This document shows, piece after piece, positions 1 through 9,685 of a DNA stretch of 64,000 nt. The position numbers and the translations under genes were made by a program. The DNA is taken from IMG/VR virus record IMGVR_UViG_3300027917_000046, positions 3,078-67,077 of that record. One strand, written 5' to 3'. The DNA is from a virus. The stretch's first letter is position 1. Each line of letters opens with the position of its first letter. The notes beneath the pieces are model-generated. The model was not told where the DNA came from. It saw only the letters and a list, made by a program, of their open reading frames with translations, and made no database searches.

Positions 1-130
1 GGATCATGCTATTGGCAGATTTGCCAAGGAACTTGTTCGTAAACGACATGTTCCGAGCTTGTTTCCACAGATCGCGTGACCAGACCGTTTTCTGCTCGGT
101 AGTTAGCCGAGTAAAGTTTGTTGTAGCCAT
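1..130 (-). CDS. Major capsid protein, N-terminal part (runs off window edge)
   Basis: Manual translation MATTNFTRLTTEQKTVWSRDLWKQARNMSFTNKFLGKSANSMI resembles N4-gp56/DUF4043-type capsid N-termini; AAGGAG SD; strong promoter upstream; downstream of portal and scaffold. Confidence 0.8.
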   Translation of the reverse strand, partial: MATTNFTRLTTEQKTVWSRDLWKQARNMSFTNKFLGKSANSMI

Positions 131-263
131 AGTGGCTCCTTCACGGTTATTGATCTTGTTTTACCATTGTATCGCCATGGTGTAGCGAACGCTGGCGTTG
201 AAGGTGCCGCTACCTTCCGGAACTGTCGTGCCCGGAAACCGAGGTATTGCAATTTGAGCGCGT

Positions 264-292
264 ATTCTACCCTAAAAGGGCTTAAATGTCAA
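264..292 (-). promoter_or_regulatory. Sigma70-type promoter for capsid gene
   Basis: TTGACA-17 nt-TAGAAT on minus strand. Confidence 0.8.
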
Positions 293-704
293 GCTTTTCG
301 ATCTTTGACCGTTCTATCTCGTTTTCGCTTGGTATACCCGGCTTAAAGCGCTCCTTCTGGAGGGGCCCCTGCCGTCCGAGTTCGTCAATTAGGTAGTAAA
401 GATCTACAGCACCGGTTCCTACCTTGTTCATGATTGCGGGGTTTGCCCCATCGATATAACACAGCTTAGCGACCTTCCCGCTCACCAAATCCAAGGCCCG
501 ACCTTCCATAGCGGTGGACTTGATATCGTCTTGAAAACTATCCCTAATTTCTGTAATCGAGCAGGGATCTTTGGTCAAAACCACCAGAAGTTTATCATCG
601 CCATCTAGAATAGCGGACATAACCCTCTTGGGCTCGGGTGAAAGGCTGGCGACAGCGCACGCCGAGAGGGCGAGCATTGCGAGTGCGGCGATGAGTTTCT
701 TCAT
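282..704 (-). CDS. Lipoprotein of unknown function
   Basis: Likely start MKKLIAALAMLALSAC with lipobox and AGGAG SD. Confidence 0.7.
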   Translation of the reverse strand: MKKLIAALAMLALSACAVASLSPEPKRVMSAILDGDDKLLVVLTKDPCSITEIRDSFQDDIKSTAMEGRALDLVSGKVAKLCYIDGANPAIMNKVGTGAVDLYYLIDELGRQGPLQKERFKPGIPSENEIERSKIEKLDI

Positions 705-727
705 GGTGTCTCCTATTAGCTTCTGTT

Positions 728-1402
728 TTAAATTAACCCGTATACCCGTGCCACGCCTGCCGTCCACGTTCCGCTGCCTGTGATCAAACGTAAACCGCGT
801 ATAGAAGCGGTGTCTCCGCGATACACAGTGCCTAATACCTGGTGAGCAATGGGTGGACCAGTATTGGTTGAACCATACGAACACTTCCACATAGCGATGT
901 ATTCCTTACCTGACGCGTAGGCCGTCACCGGATCGAAGACATCGATGACCATATCCACTGGTTCGGAGTTGGCGAACCACGGTGAAGCACCGTAAGCCGG
1001 GGTAAAGGTCGCACCTGTAGCTCCGTCTACCGCCGTGACTGTCGTGCCGGAGTGATGAATTACCCACTGCCGAGAAGTGGAGACTACAGAGTCAGCGGCG
1101 TTGAGGAAAGAAGCCGTAACAGCCGCGTCCGCGGTGCCGTAGAAGCCGTGGTATTCGATCGCATACCTACGGTAGTCAGCAGAGAACACATTCGACAGAT
1201 TGAAGTTCGCCGACGCAGCTGGGACCACATTCTGTGTAAGAAGTAGTGTGCGCCCGGCGGTGGCTCCCGCGATGATAAACGCCCCCGGCCATCCGCCGAC
1301 CGTGCAAGTCCACTCCGTCCCGTCGGAGTCCGTTACTACGTCGCCTTTCAAGTAACGCCCACTAACCGGGGCGCCCGGTGTATTTTTTGTGTAAGCCGCC
1401 AT
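728..1402 (-). CDS. Putative virion fibre/decoration protein (paralog A)
   Basis: Beta-rich; first ~45 aa shared with 1415..2062; C-terminal 'IRGLRLITGSGTWTAGVARVYG' is typical of fibre tip domains. Confidence 0.55.
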   Translation of the reverse strand: MAAYTKNTPGAPVSGRYLKGDVVTDSDGTEWTCTVGGWPGAFIIAGATAGRTLLLTQNVVPAASANFNLSNVFSADYRRYAIEYHGFYGTADAAVTASFLNAADSVVSTSRQWVIHHSGTTVTAVDGATGATFTPAYGASPWFANSEPVDMVIDVFDPVTAYASGKEYIAMWKCSYGSTNTGPPIAHQVLGTVYRGDTASIRGLRLITGSGTWTAGVARVYGLI

Positions 1403-1414
1403 TATTGTCTCCTA

Positions 1415-2062
1415 TTAGCTTCCGTAGACTGCGATTGCGCCCGAACTAAAGTTCTGAGCAGAACAGACAAACGAGATACCTGCCCAAGATGGCGACCCGG
1501 CAAAGACCGCTGCCTGACTATACCTCCAAACTGGTTCACCAGCGTTGGTTCCGGGGAAACCGCACCACCAGTAGTGGACCGAATCGGCCAGTTGTGGTTT
1601 AATGATTAGGATTTCACCAGAAATAGCCTGAGATGTTGCGTGGTTGCTTACACTGCGCATAAGCGGCCAGGACGTTGTGAGGTTTGCGTTGAAACCTGCC
1701 AATGTCGTACCAGTCTGGGAATAACCCGTCTCCTTGCTCGTATAGCTTTGGGCCGCATCAGCTGCGTCCAAAGTAAACATACTGAAGAATGACTGGTTAA
1801 TGATGAGTCTCTCAAGGACAATCTTGAACCTCGTATAGTCCGGGTTATTCACAAACAGATTGCTGAATACTTCGGACGCCTGTCCTGACATAACACGCCG
1901 TTCTATTAGCGCGGATTCTCCGCCGGCTTGTAGGACAAACTCACCCGGAATACCACCATTCACGCATTCGTAAACCTTACCATACGAATCCGTTACTGTG
2001 TCCCCAGGAAAATATTGACCATTCGTGGGTTTACCAGGGGTACTTTTTGTGTATGCTGCCAT
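1415..2062 (-). CDS. Putative virion fibre/decoration protein (paralog B)
   Basis: MAAYTKSTPGKP...GDTVTDS.G..Y.C..GG.PG.F N-terminus; ends 'SSGAIAVYGS'. Confidence 0.55.
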   Translation of the reverse strand: MAAYTKSTPGKPTNGQYFPGDTVTDSYGKVYECVNGGIPGEFVLQAGGESALIERRVMSGQASEVFSNLFVNNPDYTRFKIVLERLIINQSFFSMFTLDAADAAQSYTSKETGYSQTGTTLAGFNANLTTSWPLMRSVSNHATSQAISGEILIIKPQLADSVHYWWCGFPGTNAGEPVWRYSQAAVFAGSPSWAGISFVCSAQNFSSGAIAVYGS

Positions 2063-2070
2063 AGTTTCTC

Positions 2071-2961
2071 CTAAATTCCAGCCATATAGGTAGCTATGGC
2101 ATTAGTCATAGCTGTTAGTTCGGTATCGTTCAGACTTGCTCCGAGCCATCCAGCGGATATTCTCTGGGACGAACCGGCCTGCCCATTTTGATACAAGAAA
2201 ACTATGACACCCGTCGCTTCTGGTGTTGCGGAGGTACTTCCAGTGGTGTCGATCTCTGTGCCGTTATGTACGAGTCGGATAAGTGTGCTGCTGTTCCGAT
2301 CAACCGCCACCAGCCCTGAAACCGTCGCTGGCGCGGGCACGAGTTGAATGAGCGTGCTATCTACACCGTGAATGTTCCCGCGAGCTTCGCCAGCGGGGAA
2401 CGTGAGCCTCGATATCATCGAGTTCTTAGCTGTGGTCGTAGATCCTATAACGTTGCCGTCATTAGCCGCTTGTGTGTTCTTGTAATACACACCCATACAC
2501 GCGCTGTTCTGCACGTAGTGGGTAAAGGAGTCTGGAGCAGTGTTTGTGCTAAGGTACGCCTGGTTGGATACGTGGCTTCCCGCCCATCCGTCGTCGGCCA
2601 CAAATGTAATCGTGCTACCCAGCACGCCGTTAACAGCTAGAATCTCGCTGGTGTTAACCCAATTGATCCGCGAGGGCTGGTTATCGTGCCCCGCAAACAT
2701 GCAGAACCAATCGAGTTTATCCCATACGCCCGCGGTTTTAAGACTGCCGACCACGTTATCGATCAGCATAGCGCGAGCTCCAGTCGGTTTGGGATCCATC
2801 GTAGCCACGATCGCCGTAGCTTCGGGATTCTGGAGTGCGCCGCCGCCCGCAGCGATCACTGGCGCATGAGCCCGTCCGATTGCTCGGGCTATCGCTCCTC
2901 GTCCCTGGTTACCCTTGGCTGCAGGTCTGTACGAAAACGGAATGTAGCGATCGTCGGCCAT
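2071..2961 (-). CDS. Putative virion protein with lectin/LamG-like C-terminal domain
   Basis: Start MADDRYI overlaps upstream stop; 'LKTAGVWDKLD...INW' motif seen in phage structural proteins. Confidence 0.5.
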   Translation of the reverse strand: MADDRYIPFSYRPAAKGNQGRGAIARAIGRAHAPVIAAGGGALQNPEATAIVATMDPKPTGARAMLIDNVVGSLKTAGVWDKLDWFCMFAGHDNQPSRINWVNTSEILAVNGVLGSTITFVADDGWAGSHVSNQAYLSTNTAPDSFTHYVQNSACMGVYYKNTQAANDGNVIGSTTTAKNSMISRLTFPAGEARGNIHGVDSTLIQLVPAPATVSGLVAVDRNSSTLIRLVHNGTEIDTTGSTSATPEATGVIVFLYQNGQAGSSQRISAGWLGASLNDTELTAMTNAIATYMAGI

Positions 2962-3593
2962 TACGCAGCTTCCCAAATGATCGCGCAAATATCTGTATCC
3001 ACAGCTAGTTTAACTGTGATACCCTTATCTAACAACGCACCGGCAAACAACTTGCCAGACTGTGCTACGCCAGCAGCCGCTGAATGGACCACGTTCGCAT
3101 TAGCCGATGACGAAACCGCTCCCGGACCGTCACCGGATACGTCATACGATGTTGATACCACGGTAAAGCCCGTAGCACCAGCTGCCACATTAAAGTAGCC
3201 ATCATAGACACCTGTCGCGACACCGACGTAAACTCTGAAACCAGCTGGAGTAGCGCCGGTCGTTGGAGCATCCCATGTAACCGCGACGCTGCCCGCACCT
3301 CCACCAGCTGTAACAGTATCGTTATCTTCTGTGCCTTCGGCTGAAATGTTTCCGTCCGCATCCACCGCAACCACATTGATGAAGTACTGGTCATCCGCCA
3401 GTGACCCACCAGAGGAAGAAGCCGTTGCACCGATGTTGCCGACAGTGTCCACAACGAGTGCGCCCCGCGCATTACGGACATCGATAACCCCAGTTGTGGT
3501 CAGCTCCGGCAGAACCAGTACGAGATACGCTGCCTTGTTGCTGATCACCTGCTCTTCCGTAGTCCCGGAGAGTCTTGTGATATTAATAGCCAT
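2961..3593 (-). CDS. Putative virion protein with Fn3/Ig-like domain
   Basis: 'YFINVVAVDADGNIS', 'VAVTWDAP...GFRVYVG' Fn3-like strands. Confidence 0.55.
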   Translation of the reverse strand: MAINITRLSGTTEEQVISNKAAYLVLVLPELTTTGVIDVRNARGALVVDTVGNIGATASSSGGSLADDQYFINVVAVDADGNISAEGTEDNDTVTAGGGAGSVAVTWDAPTTGATPAGFRVYVGVATGVYDGYFNVAAGATGFTVVSTSYDVSGDGPGAVSSSANANVVHSAAAGVAQSGKLFAGALLDKGITVKLAVDTDICAIIWEAA

Positions 3594-3602
3594 AGTTACC
3601 CC

Positions 3603-3917
3603 CTACTTTCTAAGTCTCAGTGTACCGGGGGCGCTTGGCTGGCCCGGTTTTACGAATACCAAAGGGACGCTTTTTACGCTCTCCTCCATGAATATTCCGT
3701 CGTCCACAATTGCCGTCATCTCGAACTTCTGCTGGCCGTTACTAATCCCGTCGATGTTCCAAACACATTCTTGGTTGGTCGATGGTACTATACCTACGTC
3801 CGCATCGTTATGATATACGCGGCAGTGTGTGACCTCGGGGGTAACATCACCGACCACTTCCACAGCGAATGCGTTCATAGAAAACAGAAGCAGTGCAGCT
3901 GCTAAAATAGCTTTCAT
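3603..3917 (-). CDS. Secreted Fn3-like small protein
   Basis: Signal peptide MKAILAAALLLFSMNAFA; 'ESVKSVP...PSAPGTLRL' Fn3-type end; GGAGG SD. Confidence 0.55.
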   Translation of the reverse strand: MKAILAAALLLFSMNAFAVEVVGDVTPEVTHCRVYHNDADVGIVPSTNQECVWNIDGISNGQQKFEMTAIVDDGIFMEESVKSVPLVFVKPGQPSAPGTLRLRK

Positions 3918-3918
3918 A

Positions 3919-4041
3919 TTACCTCCGAAATTTCTTGTTCGGTAAAACGGGCGAACCACGCAGTCCTTTCCGGGCTGCCCTTTTTTGTTTTTTACTCGGT
4001 CTCCCGACTTGAGAGCCGTAGGTTCCTGGTCCAAATGCCAT
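3919..4041 (-). CDS. 40-aa basic peptide (GxGTYGSxxGRP family)
   Basis: Manual translation MAFGPGTYGSQVGRPSKKQKRAARKGLRGSPVLPNKKFRR; AGGAGG SD; not in ORF track. Confidence 0.7.
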   Translation of the reverse strand: MAFGPGTYGSQVGRPSKKQKRAARKGLRGSPVLPNKKFRR

Positions 4042-4056
4042 GGTTCGCCTCCTAGG

Positions 4057-5082
4057 TTACAAAATATCGCCTCGCATGCGGGCTTTTTCTTCGTCGGTCA
4101 GCTTGTCCCATTCAGCTTCTGAGAGCTTGTCGGGATCTTTCAAGGAGCCTTTACGGCCTGCCTTGTCGCTGTCCAGTCCGGCCTTCTTACTGTCCGCCGG
4201 TTGCTGACCCTTTGCTTCGAGGCCTTTCTTCACTGCTTCTTCCTTCCGCTTCGCCGCGGCTTCCTCGGCCTTTCTCTTGGCCTCGGGGTCCTCACTTTTG
4301 TCATCTTTCGATTCATCAGCTTTCGGCTTTGCGGGAGCTCTTCCATAGACCGCCCTTACCGCCTTGCGTAGCGCTTCGGTCGATCCATGCCCTTTTGCTT
4401 CAAACGCCTCCTTGAGTTCCATGATCTCGCTGGCTGCGTCGTCGTCGTACGTATCCTCGTTTTCGGGATTCAACTCGGGATGCTGCACTTCGAGTTCCTT
4501 AACAAGAGCGTCGTACGTTACCTTCTCGATCGCTGCGGCTGTGGCTCGAGCAGCGTGCTGCGCTGCCTTGGCTTCTGCGATCTCCTGGTTCTTGCGACGG
4601 ATTTCCTTGCGGAGACGTTGCTTGGTCTCTGCGTTTCCATCCTTGATCGCCTCTTCCAGTTTATCTTCCAACGCATCGATTTCATTCTCAACCTTTTCCA
4701 GGTCGAGTATGCCTCGTTGCGCCTCCATCTCTTCCTCAAGTTCAGCCAACTTTTGCTGCGCTATTTCGGCTTCCTTTCGGGCCTTAGCTACAGCTTGGTC
4801 AAACCGCGACTTTGGAATCCGGGGTTCTTCCTTGTCGTCCTTTTTGTCCGACTTTTTGTCCCCTTCATCCCCTTGTTTATCATCAGCATCAGCGTCTTTG
4901 GACTTGTCATCCTTGTCGCCTTCGCTGTCCTTGTTAAGGTCGCCGGCGTCTTCGGATCTTACGTCCTTGTTCTGATCGTCCGTATCGCCGGATTCATCGC
5001 TGGCAGTGACTACGTCACCGCGATCTTCGTTGATGTCCTGGTCCTGGTTTTGGTCCTTGACATCCTTGTTGTCATCGCTCAT
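4057..5082 (-). CDS. Capsid scaffolding protein
   Basis: Acidic, coiled-coil, 'IPKSRFDQ' motif, C-terminal 'LSEAEWDKLTDEEKARMRGD'; follows portal. Confidence 0.8.
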   Translation of the reverse strand: MSDDNKDVKDQNQDQDINEDRGDVVTASDESGDTDDQNKDVRSEDAGDLNKDSEGDKDDKSKDADADDKQGDEGDKKSDKKDDKEEPRIPKSRFDQAVAKARKEAEIAQQKLAELEEEMEAQRGILDLEKVENEIDALEDKLEEAIKDGNAETKQRLRKEIRRKNQEIAEAKAAQHAARATAAAIEKVTYDALVKELEVQHPELNPENEDTYDDDAASEIMELKEAFEAKGHGSTEALRKAVRAVYGRAPAKPKADESKDDKSEDPEAKRKAEEAAAKRKEEAVKKGLEAKGQQPADSKKAGLDSDKAGRKGSLKDPDKLSEAEWDKLTDEEKARMRGDIL

Positions 5083-7244
5083 GCTGCTTTATCTCCTTGG
5101 TTGTCCTGCGGTTGGGCCATCTTTCCGGAGCGGATGGCGTCTGCCTTCGCGTCTCCTTCTTTGGCCATGTTTCGCGCCTTAATCATTTCCTGAGCGCGTT
5201 TGAGGCGGGCCTCCTCCTGCTTAATTTGAAGCTTGAGGCGAGCCATTTCTTCTTCGTGGCGCATCTTCTGCTGATGCTTCTCTTCGTCGAGTTGCATCTC
5301 CTGTTGCGCCTGTTGCATTTCCATTTGAACCTTAGCCTGCTCGCCCGGTTCTCCCTTGGCGAGCACGGCCGTCTCTGCGGTGGTCTTAGCGGCAGTAGCT
5401 TGCTCACGCAGCGTTACGGCCTCGAGACGCGCGGCCTCGGCCTTCATGTTGGCTAGTTCAAGTTCTTGCGCCATCAGCTGAATCTTCTTCTGCATCTCAG
5501 CCTCGGCTGACTTTGCCGCTTCGCGTAGCGCCTGAATCAGACGGGTCTTATCGACGAGATTCGAGTTCTGGATGAGGAATTCATTCGGGATCGGGATGCC
5601 CAACTTTTCTTTGAGCATGACCGCCTGTTCAAACTGCGACTCTTCCATTGTCTGACGCGCGGGTTGCGATATGATATTGATATCATAACGTCCCAGAGTA
5701 ATGTCATTCTGGATTTCTCCAGTCGTCGGATCCGGCCAGTTAATCTGAATGTCCTCTTGATCACCGGTCAACTCATCTTTCGTTAGCGTCATGATCCGAT
5801 GGTCAGTATAGTACTCCTGGACGAGGCTCAGAATGTTGCGGGCGAGCCAGTGGTCAGTCCGCTTCAAACTGTCCAACGCCGGGAGCAAACCGATCTCTCC
5901 ACGCACGTTGTTGGCTTCGATCTGATCCGCGGACACATCGGCCCGGGTCATACCCATCTGAGCGTCACCGCGCATCGACACCGACTTGATATAGTTCTCA
6001 CCCTTTCGTGACAACATATCCAGACCCTGAGGAACTTGGTTCGGTTGGATCTTCTCGGCGTCGTCAACATCATTTAGTTCAAGCACCAGACCGGTTTTTG
6101 AACCCTGCATCTCCAACTCGTCGGTCGTCATGTTCAGAAGCGATCCGCGCTTCACCTTCCAACCTGAGTTCGCAGTTGTGTTGATAACGTGTAGTTCTTG
6201 CGATGTTGACTTGTTCAACAAGTCTTGCGGGTCGAGTAGATTCTCGACCAATCCTACCGTGGCACCGTAACGGAAATACGGGAAGTAGGGAATGATAGTG
6301 AAGTGTCTGTATGGTGACCAATCATCATGCAGCACGAGGTCGTCAGCTGTCACCGTCCAACGAATGCGATGTCCGACGTCCTCTGTCAAAATTACGGGGA
6401 TGCCCGCTGCGCGCTGGTTCTGAACGTAGGCGGCAATTTGATCTGGGTTCCATGAGAACGGAACAACCATTCTGTCCCCCGTGCGGGGATTAACTACGCT
6501 GACGATCTTGGCGAGTTGTTTATATTGTCGTTCGATGGTACGAACGTACCGTGCGACCGACGGATCGTCGTCATGATCCTGCGCGAGCGAGCTCTGTCCG
6601 CCGAAGCGATCTGTTACAGTATCGATCGAGTCATACCCATACAGGAGCGAGGATCCGCGTGTGCGGAGTATGTCAGCGTCCGCTTTGTTATAGAGGATCT
6701 CAATATCGTCAGGCGTATACCAACGCGTGACGATAACATCGTTCCATGTGTCCGGGTCAGCCATATCGGCGTCCGGGTCTGGAAGGACATTACTCGGGTT
6801 AACGTTCTCGATCACTACATCGCCGGCGATGTTCTGTTCGAAGTTCATACGGACGTCAAGATACCCTCGTGAGGTAATTGTTCCGTCGATGAACATCTCT
6901 GTGCGTCTCCAGTTCAGCTGGTTGTCGTAACTGATCACTCTAAACAATTTGGTTAGAATGTCCGCATTACCCGGAGGCGCTCCGTATCTGGCTTTGAAAG
7001 CGGTCTCGTTGCGTAGCTCGATCTGTTCCCCGAAGATTGAGGAAAGCGTACCGAGGATCTTGTTAACCGTGATGGCAGGACGTTGCTGCGAGCGCAGAAG
7101 CGCGAGCACACCCTCCTCCCATTGGTTACCAATGAAGTAGGCGTTGCACTTCTTCGCCTTTTGAATGAACTCGAGGTGACCGCTATCCCGAGCGTAGGTG
7201 TAACGCTCCCATTGGTCCTGGCTCAACCTTGCGTTTCTCGGCAT
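5079..7244 (-). CDS. Portal protein (P22-like, long C-terminal coiled coil)
   Basis: 'YFIGNQW...RPAITVNKI', 'GLVENLLDPQDLLNK' motifs; ATG at 7244 has GGAGG SD. Confidence 0.88.
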   Translation of the reverse strand: MPRNARLSQDQWERYTYARDSGHLEFIQKAKKCNAYFIGNQWEEGVLALLRSQQRPAITVNKILGTLSSIFGEQIELRNETAFKARYGAPPGNADILTKLFRVISYDNQLNWRRTEMFIDGTITSRGYLDVRMNFEQNIAGDVVIENVNPSNVLPDPDADMADPDTWNDVIVTRWYTPDDIEILYNKADADILRTRGSSLLYGYDSIDTVTDRFGGQSSLAQDHDDDPSVARYVRTIERQYKQLAKIVSVVNPRTGDRMVVPFSWNPDQIAAYVQNQRAAGIPVILTEDVGHRIRWTVTADDLVLHDDWSPYRHFTIIPYFPYFRYGATVGLVENLLDPQDLLNKSTSQELHVINTTANSGWKVKRGSLLNMTTDELEMQGSKTGLVLELNDVDDAEKIQPNQVPQGLDMLSRKGENYIKSVSMRGDAQMGMTRADVSADQIEANNVRGEIGLLPALDSLKRTDHWLARNILSLVQEYYTDHRIMTLTKDELTGDQEDIQINWPDPTTGEIQNDITLGRYDINIISQPARQTMEESQFEQAVMLKEKLGIPIPNEFLIQNSNLVDKTRLIQALREAAKSAEAEMQKKIQLMAQELELANMKAEAARLEAVTLREQATAAKTTAETAVLAKGEPGEQAKVQMEMQQAQQEMQLDEEKHQQKMRHEEEMARLKLQIKQEEARLKRAQEMIKARNMAKEGDAKADAIRSGKMAQPQDNQGDKAA

Positions 7245-7268
7245 ACACACCTCCAGTTTAAGCCGCGT

Positions 7269-7304
7269 ATTATACACCCTTTTTGCGCGGGGCGCAAGCC
7301 CCGC
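7269..7304 (-). promoter_or_regulatory. Portal promoter overlapped by a GC-rich hairpin
   Basis: TTGCGC-17 nt-TATAAT; inverted repeat GCGGGGC-GCAA-GCCCCGC (7287-7304) covers the -35. Confidence 0.6.
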
Positions 7305-7312
7305 GGCCGTAT

Positions 7313-9469
7313 CTAAACCTTACCGACAAATGCGATCGGTGACCCAACAATATCGGCAAACCCCACCTGAGCCTTCAAGTCGTTATCCAGCAAGGTCACG
7401 CGGTTATCTGTTTGATCCGGTGGAGAAAGTTTCGAATCAGGAGCATTCAGGTTCCCGTGCATAGCGAGGACGTTCGACGTAGCCGTCGGCTTAGTTGTTG
7501 GGTTATAGTCCAAAAAGGTGCCGATATTGTAGTTATTCCACGCTTTCGATATATTGAACGTGGCCGTGTAATCCTGCTCATTGCTCCCTATATCCAGGTG
7601 AGCAGCCCCTGAAATAGTGTCCACATCGATCGTGACCCCGTTCTCAGCCGTGCCCTCATCCGGGGCAATATTACCCTGAATGAAGTTAATCGTGACGTCG
7701 TCCAACGGGCACAGGCCGAGGTCGACCTTGTACTCCCGAATATAGGGTCGAAACACCTTCCACTTGGTGATATTCTCGGATCCGGACTGGACGAGGCTGT
7801 CGTCGTTCACAATCAAGCTCGCCTCCCGATCCTCAGCGAACATAACGAACGCCGCGCGATGAACCCGGGTCTCGGTGAACCCTTGGAACCGCTGGCGGAA
7901 CCGATCCCACTGATAGTCGTTCCCGAATACGGACGAACATACCGTCACCAACAGCATCGTAGTCGGATCGATGTAGTAGCAGTCCGGGTGCAGTCCGTAG
8001 GGGTTGGGGAAAGTAATTGTAAAGAACTCCGAGTTCGACGGTCCTTCAGTTACCGCCAGCGAACGGGACCGGGACCCGTGGTTATTCCCCACGCTGGATC
8101 CTCGCCCGTTGGAATACCCGAATTCTATGTTCGTATATGACGGTGAATTCTCCCCCGTGCCACCGTACAGCCTGTTCGGGTAGTTCATCGTCCATATACC
8201 AGACGACGCGTAACAACTGAACCCCGGCACTACAGGTGGGATGTTCGCCACCCTTAGACCGTCCCAAGTAACCGTTCCACCGACTACTGTAACCGGGGGC
8301 GTCGTAAACGCAGCCACCGTCCCGTAGCTCAACGTCCACCGCGTCTCGACCGGGTCCTCCCCGTCGAAGTAGACGTAGATCGGAGCATCCTGGGTGGGAT
8401 ACTGCAGTACCTCCGGACCTGAGGGTGCGAAAGCGTCGAGACCAGCCCATTCAGCCGAGTCCGACGGAATCCACGTCTGGCCCGTTATAAGTGGGGTAAA
8501 GACCTTGTTACTGTCCAAGTTGACCAGGACCGCCTGCACCGTCGGTATGGCCTCGTTGTACGTAAGCGAAATCTCCCACTGGTTCATCTCATAGTGAGAT
8601 TCCGGCAAATTCTCTGCCCGGCCGAGCACGATCCGTACCTTCTGCCCTGATGCGCTGAACGCCCACCCATGGTCCGTGTACCACGGAGTCCCGGCATTGG
8701 CGCCTGTGTACGGCGGAGCCATGGCCGTGGCATCCAGGACCTCTATCACGTTCTCGCGCATGCCGTAGACTTTCGCCCACCACAGGCTGGTGGTGGTTCT
8801 ATACTGCTGCCAACCCGGGTTCTCAGCCAGCTCCGCGTCCGTGGGCTGGTATGTCGTTATCTGGTACGAATCACAGCAGTTCTTCTTCACCACAATCGGT
8901 GCAGCATACAACCCAAGCGATGAGATCTCAATCAGGAAGTGCTTGGTCTTGCCATCCGACAGGGTAAACTTGACGATCCCGTGCGTGCGACCGAAGCTGT
9001 GGTCGAAGGGTGCATTAGCCTCCGTGCTTGGGGGCCCTGCCACGTGGTAGCATCCTACCACCCTTCTCATTATCCCGGTGTACTTGCTGGCCTGGTTCCT
9101 TGTTATAACGGTCCCTGTGCTCAGGTCCGTGGGCGGTGTCCACTTCTTCAAGCGCTTCTGAACTGCTCCGCCAACCCTCTCGACTTCGCCGTCGTTGTAA
9201 TAGGCATCATAATCCGGGTTCAGAGCTGGTCCGCTCTTCACCAACAAGAAACCGCGCCGATCCTTACATCCTCCCTTGATCCGGATCATGCTCGAGAAGT
9301 CCGAATCATAGATGTCGATCGAGTGCCCGGCTACCTCCCGCCAACTCTTGCTGATAATAGGCAGGCCCAGGTTCTCGCGCAGAGTACGCTGAATCTCGTA
9401 CTGAAGTTCAGCCCACTTCTTGATCCCGGCCGGAGTTCCCGGGTCTATTTCCCGAATACGTCGTTTCAT
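7313..9469 (-). CDS. Hypothetical 718-aa protein, probably virion-associated
   Basis: Long beta-rich ORF between terminase and portal. Confidence 0.55.
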   Translation of the reverse strand: MKRRIREIDPGTPAGIKKWAELQYEIQRTLRENLGLPIISKSWREVAGHSIDIYDSDFSSMIRIKGGCKDRRGFLLVKSGPALNPDYDAYYNDGEVERVGGAVQKRLKKWTPPTDLSTGTVITRNQASKYTGIMRRVVGCYHVAGPPSTEANAPFDHSFGRTHGIVKFTLSDGKTKHFLIEISSLGLYAAPIVVKKNCCDSYQITTYQPTDAELAENPGWQQYRTTTSLWWAKVYGMRENVIEVLDATAMAPPYTGANAGTPWYTDHGWAFSASGQKVRIVLGRAENLPESHYEMNQWEISLTYNEAIPTVQAVLVNLDSNKVFTPLITGQTWIPSDSAEWAGLDAFAPSGPEVLQYPTQDAPIYVYFDGEDPVETRWTLSYGTVAAFTTPPVTVVGGTVTWDGLRVANIPPVVPGFSCYASSGIWTMNYPNRLYGGTGENSPSYTNIEFGYSNGRGSSVGNNHGSRSRSLAVTEGPSNSEFFTITFPNPYGLHPDCYYIDPTTMLLVTVCSSVFGNDYQWDRFRQRFQGFTETRVHRAAFVMFAEDREASLIVNDDSLVQSGSENITKWKVFRPYIREYKVDLGLCPLDDVTINFIQGNIAPDEGTAENGVTIDVDTISGAAHLDIGSNEQDYTATFNISKAWNNYNIGTFLDYNPTTKPTATSNVLAMHGNLNAPDSKLSPPDQTDNRVTLLDNDLKAQVGFADIVGSPIAFVGKV

Positions 9470-9654
9470 GAGGCCAGCATTCTTTTCGCCTTCGCACGGA
9501 TCCGTGCCTTCTCACTGGCCGACTTGGCATGCCGGATCAGGAGTAAGGCCGCTTTAGCATGGGCTTTGTCCGGAATCGGGTATGCCCGGCGCTCCGGGAC
9601 CGCGAACGTGGAACTGCGGAGACCACGTCTTTGTTTTGCTGAGAGTTTTGCCAT
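9466..9654 (-). CDS. Small basic protein (FAVPERRAYPIPDKAHAKAAL motif)
   Basis: AAAGGAG SD; motif common in phage head-region proteins. Confidence 0.7.
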   Translation of the reverse strand: MAKLSAKQRRGLRSSTFAVPERRAYPIPDKAHAKAALLLIRHAKSASEKARIRAKAKRMLAS

Positions 9655-9685
9655 GGTTCTCCTTTCCATAAGGGTTTTTTCGGTC

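Noticed and set aside
728-2062. Diversity-generating retroelement acting on the paralogous fibre genes
   Set aside because: No reverse transcriptase and no adenine-specific TR/VR pair; similarity is limited to the N-termini
4212-5456. Long plus-strand ORFs opposite scaffold/portal (and similar ones opposite the 2226-aa gene)
   Set aside because: Antisense shadows caused by codon bias; no SD or recognisable motifs
7287-7304. GC hairpin as a terminator
   Set aside because: No T-run follows it on either strand; recorded as a promoter-overlapping inverted repeat instead
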